DNA of 64,000 nt, from the NCBI GenBank assembly GCA_046563655.1, contig CM102286.1, positions 7,130,001-7,194,000 of the forward strand, in the 5' to 3' direction. The translations under genes were made by a program, and so were the position numbers. Below the pieces are notes generated by a model. That model was not told the origin of the DNA. It ran no database searches and worked only from the letters and a program-made list of their open reading frames with translations. Of the stretch, positions 1 through 13,468 are shown one piece after another. Within the stretch, counting starts at the first letter, position 1. Every line of letters begins with the position of its first letter. The stretch is from Yuukianura sp. NJ FZ-2021 (lineage: Eukaryota).

Positions 1-335
1 TGTACCTCGTATGCAGAATTGTTTCTATTATAAGTGCAAAGTTTGCGTGCGACGTGTTAAGTGAATAAGATGGTTTCGTTAGTATGATGACCGGAATATC
101 CTGCTGGGAAGGCCGAATGGGCAATTAAGGATGTCATGCCATTGTGCACTCCCAAACACTTCTGATTCTCGAAAATATCTCCTGCGTCCCCTGAGACAGG
201 TAAACAAAAGCAGGAATAGGAAGTCGAAAGGAAGTTTTGAATTAGCAGCGTAACGTTTATTACTATCATGTTAATGTTAAAGTAAAGGTAGTGACAATAG
301 CGTAATTAGTTGAGTAGGCGTGAAAAACGACTACT

Positions 336-2229
336 TTATGCTGCCGGATGTTTGGATTTGGTGGCTATTGCCCATACTTCCATGATGAAGTTATCACTGA
401 ATCCGAAGGAACCCAATTCGGAATTGTCAAGAACCTCAGCAAAAGCCGTTACACTTTCTCTTCCGATTGTCATTTCCCATACTTGAGTGGCTGTGGAAAT
501 TAAAAATACATGAATCCTCTTTTCGAAGTGAGAAAAAGAGTTTAAAAGTTCAGCATTCAAAATTTACCTAAGTCTCCATCGCTGATTCCTACAAAATTTT
601 CTAGAAGGTTGTTAATATTGGAAATTGCAGCTTCGGAAGTGTTGTCAACCTGTGAAATACAGACCAGCATGAAAAAACTAATACATTTGAAAATACATTT
701 TTTGTTTATCTAAATTTCGAAACACGAAAGATTTCATAAAATGAAAATTATGTATTGACATTTCACTTACAATTTCTAATACAGGGGGTCCATTAGCACG
801 AAATCTAAGCGTTTCCTTTCCATTTCTAACATTTTCTGGAGTTGCAGCTTTTTGTTTTCTCGCTGCAGCTTTTGGCCCAATATTTGCTTTAGTAAAAGAA
901 AAAAAGACGTTAACAATTTTTGGGAAAAAAATTGAAGGTAAAGAGAAAGCATTACTAAATCCAGCACGTATTGGTTCTATTAGTCTCATCACAAACGTTT
1001 TTCCGATTGGAATATTTCTGAGGTATTTGGCAACTTCAATGTGTCTCCACCCAACCAGACTCTGATCGTCTATCCGCTCAATGTGGTCACCTACCTAACA
1101 AAGGACGACAGTTACAAAGACAAATTGAAAAAAAAAGTCACTCTCAATGGTTCCGGGGTTGACTCCATTTCCGGCTTATTTAAAAAAAAAAGAGAAACCA
1201 TGTCGAATTTGCAGCAACCGCCAAAAGTTCATTTTAGGACAAGTTGTTAAAACTTGTGTGGCTTTTTTTTTTTGTTAAAAAATGCCGTTCAGATGTAAAA
1301 GTAAAAATCATGTCGTTGAACTTGGACTAAAAGTTTGAATTGTTAATTTGTAAATGTTGTTTTGAGGCGAGGGAATGTTTGTGTTACATAGTATTCAAGT
1401 GTTTAAAATTGTCTCGCCTCAATGGCTCCCGCATTTTTGGCAATGCTCCCATCCTTGACCCGCTTAATAAATGAGTAGCCAGTACCATTGTCTGTTATGG
1501 TAAGACCTAACGCATCGCTAGTTTTAGTGATCTCCACTTCCTTTTTTGTTCCTGTAAACAAAGGATGTTAGTGAACCGTCTTAAAACAAAGATTACTGTT
1601 TCTATAATTGTAATCTGTTTAGTTGTTTTCACAAATGTTACAAATTACAAAAAATTTTCTTCGGAGTATTGTGGATGAGCGAACCTTTCATGTGAACAAA
1701 AATAAAGTCTTCTAAAGAAAGCTGGGCGCTAAGGAGCGCTGACATTTCGACGCGATGCGTGTTGAGTGTACAGTAAAGGATCTGAAATGTTCAACACACA
1801 AATATTGCTAAAAATTCTGCGAAACAATGTTTTTGCACAACTGGTTTCATTTTTGAAGTTGACATTCCCATAAAGTTAGGTGATATTTAAATGTTCACTT
1901 GCCTCTTCCACAGGGAACCCATAACATTCAGCAATTTTTCCATAGAGCTCCTTGACATTTGCAAATCCCGAAATTAGGCCGGTGGGACTACCATGGGCTT
2001 GCTGACAACGAAACACAAATTTTGGCTTACTTCCGGATGCGGCGGCTCTAACTGACGGGGACGGCACTACTTTCTCTTTGGGGTCGGACTGACTTTTGGC
2101 ACTTTTATTTGAATTCGACGCCACTGAACTTTTATTATTATTGGTTTCGCCATTTTTGCTTGAAATCGGATTTGAAATTCCTTGGGCGGGTGATTTGGCA
2201 GTTGATTTCGACGTAGAAAAACGTGGCAT
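336..2229 (-). CDS. GIPC: PDZ domain-containing protein GIPC (kermit-like), 7 exons
   Basis: Exons 2229-1903, 1781-1685, 1551-1418, 1094-956, 886-771, 649-568 and 490-336 join in frame. GH1 motif [58 protein letters not shown]...VGDHIE; GH2 [19 protein letters not shown]...[12 protein letters not shown]. Introns 1 and 3 need GC donors. Confidence 0.93.
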
Positions 2230-3009
2230 TTTGGACGACTATCACAACAGGAAAGGCTTCTTTCAAAAGCTTTACAGTTACACACCGACTAGTTCCGAAA
2301 ATACAATCGTGTTGATCACATATCAAAAGCTTTTACGTTATCACCACAACTGTCCTGAGTTGAAGCACCAATCGCTTTGAAATCTACTGTACATGGTAAC
2401 TAATCACCTCAGGATAAAGCCAAAATATCGCAAGCTGATTGATAGAAAAGCACACAATGCTTATGTTACGGGCTACAGCGACGATAATAAAAAATATTTT
2501 TGCACTATGGGGGACTCTTTGGAAGCCAAATGAAAGCCAGATCTGCTATGATGACAAACTGAATCACAATAAGCCGCTCAGGTATTTCCTATTCTTTTGC
2601 TGAATTGGTGTGGCGTAGACTTTACTATAAAGCTGCCATGTCCACGCTTTCCCGATATGCTTCAAATCCCCTAATTATGCCACTGCCAATTCCCACAAGC
2701 ACTCGCTCTGTTTTACCATGGACTAAACCCATTGAAGTTTATTATGTAATAAAACATGCACGTTACACTTATTCGTACACTTCCAATTTTATTTGAAGCA
2801 TGAAGAAAGAAAAACCTTTGAGAAAATTCAAGCGGATCCTGAGCTTAATTTCAAGGGAAAACATGCAATAATTTTAAGCGGTTAACTTTTTTTTTCTTGT
2901 CCCGGGAACCGGGAATAGGAAATTTAGTTCCCACCTACGTAAGTCGAGATGCAACTGATGCTGCTAGTAATTGTAATTCCTCCGACATTGGTTTTGGTGT
3001 GGCAGGTTT

Positions 3010-3585
3010 TTAGTACTTCGGGCGTCGTGGTGGTGGTAATGTTGGATAGCCAGGCGACTGCTGAGAAATGGTCGGGTAGTGCCTGAGAGCAGAAGCAGTG
3101 GGATATTGCCTATGTCGGTAATCCGGGTAGATTGGTCGGTAATTTGTGTTTGTGGTCGGCCGTACATTATAATTTTGGTTCTGACTGTACTCTCTTGGTG
3201 GCTGATTTCGATTTCCATAAAATGCGTTTTGTTGTCCAATTGAACCAGGGCACTTACCCGGAAACTGTATTTTCAGGTCTAAAAAATGGTAAGAAAAATG
3301 TTAGGATGAGATATAAAACTAATAATAAACTATAAATAAAAATGTATTGGAAAACTTACTGGAGTTTCTCTCAATTGCGCATACCAGTAGACACTTGTTG
3401 TCGTAAGTCTTTCCGTCAGTTCTGAAAATGTTGAAATGCTACAAAGTAGTATTTAATATTGGAAAGATAAAATATGTGTAAAACTCTTACCCGCAGAATG
3501 GGCGGTAAATCTTAGGGCAGACACAAGCATTGGCAGAGACGCTAAAAAGAACCAGAGCCACACTTACGATCTGTAGCGACAGCAT
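3010..3585 (-). CDS. Secreted single-Kazal-domain protein with Pro/Tyr/Gln-rich tail (paralog A)
   Basis: Exons 3585-3491, 3421-3360, about 3278-3010. Signal peptide MLSLQIVSVALVLFSVSANA, then the six-Cys Kazal pattern [28 protein letters not shown]...FPGKC, then a low-complexity tail ending PGYPTLPPPRRPKY*. Confidence 0.88.
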
Positions 3586-4077
3586 TTTCTTACTTTACCC
3601 TCGTAGCACAGGAACTAATAACCGACTGCCGGTATTGATGCTGATGCGGTGATGTGCTTATAAAATGTAGCCACTCCAATGTAAAACGCGGAAAACCACT
3701 ATGTAGTAGAGTTTATGAGAAATGCCCGGTTAATATTCCGCTGAAAAAAAAGGAAACCACGCAGCATCCGGGAAATAAAAAGAAGGTTACGGAAAACTAG
3801 AAACATTTGTGGGTTATTCTAAAAATGAAAATAAACGTAAATGAAGCATAGTTTCCAAATTCTGGAAGAAATTATCGCAACCAATTGAATTTATTCCGAA
3901 ATAAAACATGAATGTAGTACTAACATATTTGTTGACTTCCAATTTGATGAGGGGGAAAGAAAATCTTAAGAATGAAATTCAAGAACTGATTAGTTATAAT
4001 TTCAAGGAAAAACATTTTAAGCAATAAGGTTAAGCGGTTATTGTTTTTCTTAATTTTTTGCCCCAGCCAAAGTGGAT

Positions 4078-4989
4078 CTACTTCCGACCTCCGTATGTTG
4101 GAACCCAGCTTTGTTGCTGCTGGTAACTCGGTTTTACGGTAGGAGGTTGGTAGTAATTCTGTCGTGGCGGTGGTGCAATGGTAATCGACTGTTTTGGCGG
4201 TTGATACGGTGATACCGTTGGAGTCGGGTAATACGTCTGCTTCGGGGTTGGATAGTAAGTTTGCTTCGGTGGCTGGTACGGTTTCACGGTTGGAGTTGGG
4301 TAGTAAGTTTGCTTCGGTGGTTGATACGGTTTCACGGTTGGAGTCGGGTAGTATGTCTGCTTCGGGGTCGGGTAGTACTGGTTTCGTGGTGGTGCGATCG
4401 TAGGATACCCAGGAGTTGGATATTGTTTTTGTGGAGAAGCGGTTGGATAGTAGGACTGTGTTTGTTGAAAATTCTTATTACCTTGTTGGTAATTGGGCCT
4501 TGAGTTTTGGTTCTGATATCTTGGTGGTTGAATATACTTCGGCTGTTGTCGTGATTCTGCTCCCCGTTGGTTCTGCAATTGATTTCGATTTCCAGTACGA
4601 GACCCCTTTTCCGGTTCATATGAAACGGCGCAGACGCCCTCAAACTTGACCCTCAGATCTAAAAAAAATAATTCAGAATAAATTATTGAATTCTCTTTCA
4701 GAACATAAGTACACATTAAGTTAAATGAATGATGAGCAATAAAAATACGGTGGAAAACTTACTCGGGTTACCCCGTGTGACGGCACACTCCAGTTCGCAC
4801 TTGTTACTGTAAGTCTTGCCATCAGTTCTGAAGAAAATAGAAAATTTAGTTTCTCGAATACGACGAGTAATATTTGCTAATACTGGAAACTTACCCGCAG
4901 TATGGCTTGTAGTCCGCCGTACAGAAGCACGCATTAGCAGACACGCCAAACAGGACAACAGCTAAACCCACGATCTGTAGGGACATCAT
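4078..4989 (-). CDS. Secreted single-Kazal-domain protein with long Tyr/Pro/Thr repeat tail (paralog B)
   Basis: Same three-exon layout as paralog A. [48 protein letters not shown]...FEGVC. The last exon lies in ORF 4078-4716 and carries YYPTPTVKPYQPPKQT repeats. Confidence 0.9.
4187..4380 (-). repeat. Coding tandem repeat (48-bp unit, KQTYYPTPTVKPYQPP, with partial copies)
   Basis: Recurrent tagtaagtttgcttcggtgg / ggtttcacggttggagt on the + strand; peptide repeats visible in ORF 4078-4716. Confidence 0.85.
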
Positions 4990-5397
4990 TTTCGGATTCT
5001 AACCTTTTGGCATCAAGACGAATGATCGACTGATGATAATATTTTATATGATTGTGTAATAAATATATTAAAATTTGATAAATTTAAGTATAACTTACGG
5101 AAAACCAGCAGGATTTGCAACAAGTTACCCGGTTCGGCTGCAAAACCAGTAACCACATATCTTCCGGGAAATAAAAACTAATGTACAGGAAAAACTGGAA
5201 ATCCAGTGCTACCAGGAAGGTAAGATTCATACCAGAAGTGGTATAACCTTCCTTCCTGTAGTTCAGCAAAAAATAACAATTTGTGCAAATGTTGGCAAGT
5301 TGAAGGAGGTCAGAGAGGTTGCATTGCCGATTGCCAGAAAAGATTTTCGCATTTTCGCCGAATTTAATAATCTGATGTATGCAATAAAACATTAGGC

Positions 5398-7177
5398 TTA
5401 ATTTATAATCTTGAGTCCATTCCAGTAACCTGTTTTTTCCCAGTCCATTTTGTCTATCGCCTTCTGAAACCTCTTGACCCTGAGCTTCCTTTGCATTCTC
5501 TGCTTGACACGAGGCTCCACAATATTTCGTTTCTGGAGGCTGTTGAATCTGCAACAATATAAATCAAGCACGTACATAAAAATGGGCAACGGGAAATGGA
5601 TCTTCCTGGGTAACTAAGTTGTTTACCTTTCCAATGTCAAGCGGCTGCTATGTGCTGGAACTGCGACAAGACTGCCTTTAATTTCATCGCTGAGAGCTGG
5701 GTCAAGTGGGAGTTCTTCGTAATGGAATTTGCTGATTTTCTTCTGGCCAAACTTTTCTCTTTTAAGTTTCTTCTCCACAGCCTTTGCTAATCTTTCTTTT
5801 TGCTTCTTTTCGGTCTTTGTTATTGACTTCTGAATAGACTTGATTCGGAAAACATCATTCAACCTCGCATTTTCTTTCTTCTTCTCCCGAAGAAGCCGAA
5901 GTTTTTCTTTCTCCTCTCGTTCTTTCCTCTTCTGTTGTCTGGTGACAAAAATTATGATAATAATTCGGTAACTGTTCACTCGCAGCAGGGTGCTTTGTTT
6001 ATAAATTATAATAGTAGTTTCAGAACTTACTTTGTTTTGGCTTTGCTTTGGGGAAGATTTGGTTTTTTGTCTTCGATAATTCCATGCTGCTCTTCGTCAT
6101 CTTGTTCAGAATCAGGCTCCTCTTTGTCCACACTGAAAGATGAAGAAAAGACAACTGACTAAAAATTTTGTTTCAAGGAAGTTTGAAATACCGAAACCCA
6201 CGTATGATAAATGGTGGGAGCAATGCTTTTGTCGAGGCGTTGTTCTCTCTTGATGCTGGAACTAACGTCAGCTACAGCAGTCTTCAACAATGCTTGATGA
6301 TCCTTGAAAGAAGGATTGTAGGAAAACCCTGGATGTGGCACTTCAATTGCGGGCAACTCCGAGGTGACGTTTGGCTTCGGCTTTCGAATCTTTTGTCGGA
6401 GATTGTGCCGTTTGATGGTAGGGTTGATCCATTCGGAATCCAGAATTGCTAAAAGCATTAATTTCCAACTTAATCAGTAATTATAAAATATGTGCCCTAG
6501 TAGAATCGAACTGAATGAAATCGACTCACTTTTGGGATCCTCCATGGACCATGGATCTTTACAGTTTTCTGTTTCTGGTGGGATGTCCACTTTCTTCTTG
6601 GCTTGTCGTGCTGTATCCTTTACAGCCATCGTGGCGGTTTTCCCATGGCCAGGCTTCTTTATAGGATTCCTTTGCAAATTAAAAGAAAACACATGTTGAT
6701 GCAACATTCAAGCAGAGGTTCTTTTGGGTAAAATACCTTTTGACGATGGGGTCTCGTACTGCAGTATGTGGCTTTAGAAGGCGGAAGCACTTTAAATCTT
6801 CAGTATTGACAAGTGGTCCAGTCTTACTGCGTGTCGCTTTAGCTATAGGGGCAGTTTCCAAATCATTGTCTTTAAAGTCGCTGCTGAAGGAACCTAAGTC
6901 GTCTAGTGCAAATAGTTCTTCATTAGGTTTAGACCGTATGCCACCGTGTCGTTCATCCGTTCGCACGTCGTCCATAAACTGGTCCACATCTCCATGCTTG
7001 ATTTGTTTCCATGATTTCTTTTTGTTCTTTCCCTGTTTTTGTTTCTGCGCTCCTGGATAATAAACATGAACTTAACATATAGGGTAACCGCACCGTAAAA
7101 TAAATATTTAATCCGAAGAGTGAATAACTTAGCCCAATGACAATGAGACTGAACAACTTACCTCTTAATTTGGCCAT
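5398..7177 (-). CDS. NOP53: Ribosome biogenesis protein NOP53 (GLTSCR2/PICT1)
   Basis: Spliced MAKLRG-AQKQKQGKNKKKSWKQIKHGDVDQFMDDVRTDERHGG...NEELFALD; PAIEVPHPGFSYNPSFKDHQALL; EIKGSLVAVPAHSSRLTLERFNSLQKRNIVEPR. These are characteristic NOP53 motifs across ORFs 6679-6987, 6159-6458, 5623-5979 and 5398-5589. Confidence 0.93.
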
Positions 7178-8861
7178 TGGAGTTACACGTATTTCCAGTT
7201 TACGTTACACCAAACTAGGAGGGTTCCTCAACAGTCAACAGTCTTCTAATCCCAATGTCCTGATCTTCAGATTACCAGTAATATTAAATGTCCAACAAAA
7301 GTAAACTAATTAAAAAGAGTTTGTGGCAATTAATGGTGAAATCACCAATTATAACTTAATTTTTCAGCAATGATTTCTGGTCATATGGGGGCTGTTTCCA
7401 ACTCCAACACACAACACTAACACGTGTTTGCCATTTAGAATTTGAATTCCCGCCTTCAGAATAGGACGCTCAAAGAGAAAGTGGATTAATGAAACTAAAG
7501 CAGTAATAAAGGAGACAAGCAGAGAAACTTTAGTAATACATTGATCTCATAGTGGAGCGCGAAAGTGCGTCATTTAAGAACGATAACCCAAAGAAACAGA
7601 ATTGGTAAACCTTATGTACTAAATGTTGTAAGGGGAAGGTGTGAAATCATACCTAACCATCTACTACCTTGTAAGCAAAGAGAGCAAGCACCCTGAGTAG
7701 ACTGAAAATTAAAGACATAAGATGTACGTACATACTGGTGGAAATGGTAAGTGCTACCTTTACAATTGCGAAGCGAGGTTGTGTTTGTGTGGTTGGAATA
7801 CGTGAATGTAGACATCACGGAGGTTTGAACGAATGAAGGTTGACTCAAATTTGGTTGTGAACTCTTTCCAACCTTAGGCCGTTCTACACCGTCAACTATA
7901 GTCATTAACTCGTTACGGAGTATGCCAGATCCATTGCTATTATCTTGGTAAGGTTGAGGTGTGTGCTGATATTGCCTGTTGGTCGAAATAGTGGTGAAAG
8001 CAGGCTCGTTGTTTGAAAACACCGAAGATGCCCCTATACCACATGTTTCAGCATCATTCAGTACCCCTACCTCAGCATCACTATCCCAGGTAACCCCCGT
8101 ATCTGGAAATTAAAGGTGGAAATAAACCAAAGTTTAATTTTTAAGTCTGTTTACGACAGAAGTAGAATGTGAACGACAGGTTCAAGATGAGTATTACCAC
8201 CAAAAGATACTGTAATCGCTATTTTTGCAATTGTGTCACTAAAAGCTCATCCCTAATACACCCTGCCTGACCAGTTATAACTAACTCGAGCTATAACTCG
8301 TAGATAGTTTCTTTTCTTAGCCTAGGTCTAAACTAAATTGTGTTGAAAAGTAGGCACACTCACAATTACGGAAATATATCTGTTAACGATTGACTAATCA
8401 GCGGAGAAAAGTTACAACGACAGCAAGCAAGAATTCGTCACACGCCATCATTTCAGTCACTTCAAAAAACAACATTTGGAAACTAGATTTTATGTGCGTT
8501 TTGCCTTGGTTCAGGAAAAAGTGTTTAGGCAATTTGAGAATCAAGGTTAGGGAACAACTTTCAATTTCAAAGTTTTTGTCTGTTCTGATATGATATCCAG
8601 CAAGTAGAAAATTAAAACCCTAACGAACAGTTACTCGATGCAACTGTGGATTGATATAGATAACTTGTTGAGAAGTTGAAGGACGCTCTGTAATCTTACT
8701 GTATAGTCATTAGGTCAATTTTGTTCATTTGCTGGAATACAAGGCCAAAGCATTCATCGATTTTTACTGTTATGTTCTTTTTCCTATACCACACCACAGT
8801 GTATTTCAAATTAGATGCAACAATTGGATAATTTGTAGTCGTCCAAAACTTTATAGTAACT

Positions 8862-12122
<3,261 letters not shown>

Positions 12123-12379
12123 AAACAATTTTGTGAAAGCGTCAACTATTCATTTTTATGTAATCAGCATTCATAGTTTTTCAATCCCCGATTGGGTCTG
12201 ATTGTGAGGTTACAAACATAAGGAGTGAAAAACTACTTAAAACATTCAGTTGAACTTGAGTGTAAACAATAATTGTTTAATATTAATTATTAATATCGAA
12301 CAAAATTTGAAAAAAGAAAAGGTTTGGCTGAATGGAAATAAGAGCAATTTGTTATTTGGTTCCATTGTATTACTTCCTT

Positions 12380-12859
12380 TCAATAACCTCTGTTGGAAAG
12401 TGTTTTCAAAATGACAGAAATCAATCCCAAACCGATGGCGACAGTGTTAGGTGTTATACCGGCAGAAGAACTATTATCCAAAAAAAAAATGAGAATATGT
12501 AATTTGAAAAAAAAAATAAGTATGAAAAAAATACTATTTTTTAAAGATGCTTTAGCAAGTTACCACATCACGATCTCCTTATTCCCACAGACACAGAAAT
12601 CGGCAGCTTTATTCCTTGGTGTGGACTTCACACAAGAAATTTTCGGAAATCCCTTTTCGTTGCAATATGCTTTGCACTTGTCACAATTAGCAAAACATTC
12701 TAAATGAGTAAAGTTTGTTAGCTAAATATTTCAGAACAAGTGTTCAGCTGAATCTTATATAAAAAGTTTTCATTGAAACTTACTTTCCTCTTCTTTGGAA
12801 TGAACAATGGAAATCAATAGAACAGTCAAAAGAATAATTGGCAAAACAATTTTAGCCAT
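12380..12859 (-). CDS. 100-aa secreted 8-cysteine CS-alpha/beta (defensin/drosomycin-like) peptide with putative GPI-anchor signal
   Basis: Exons 12859-12784, 12699-12564 and 12470-12380 (GT-AG, 303 nt, in frame): MAKIVLPIILLTVLLISIVHSKEEEK CFANCDKCKAYCNEKGFPKISCVKSTPRNKAADFCVCGNKEIVMC SSAGITPNTVAIGLGLISVILKTLSNRGY*. Confidence 0.8.
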
Positions 12860-13468
12860 TTTGCTTTTAGCTGTGCTCAGTTTACTGAAAAAAAAATTAT
12901 AGCCTTCCGCTCCAGGAAATAAAGGTTGAAATTGTAGTAAGAGGTGAATGTTTGAAGTAGAATGTACTGAAAAGACACTTTGGTTGAGAAGTAAGTTATC
13001 GATAACAAAGTTTAAGTACGACAAATTTAACCCAGTCCTTGCAGGAAAATATAAGCCACCACCACATCAGCATCCTGTGACACGCAGGAACTTAAAGTTT
13101 GGGATTAGTCATTTTCTGGGCAAAAGGATGTGTGACTTTTTATCATTAAAAAAACATTTTTGGAAAATTCGTAACTTTTGTTTCAGAAGGATTTGCGTAT
13201 TCTACTTTTATGTTTCCCACACGCCTCACTCACAGTAGACAGATCAAGCGAAATTTCTATGTTTTTATGTATTTATTTATTTCAACCCTCGAAATGACTT
13301 AGAAACAATTGATATTGAGGCCCCAAAGGGAGTTTGCTAGTTCGTATAAATTAAAAAACTCACATCATTTCACGACCAATTACATTAGTAATTACAAAAT
13401 TACAAATTAAAAAACGCTTTTTACAGTCAACCTGTCGAATTCCTTAATGTTGATTTCATCCTCCAGCT

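Noticed and set aside
57..269. 70-aa ORF on the - strand downstream of GIPC
   Set aside because: No recognisable motif; probably GIPC 3' UTR or an unverified alternative exon.
2964..3239. 91-aa ORF from the ORF track
   Set aside because: Alternative frame of the last exon of Kazal paralog A. Splice phase selects the frame ending at 3010.
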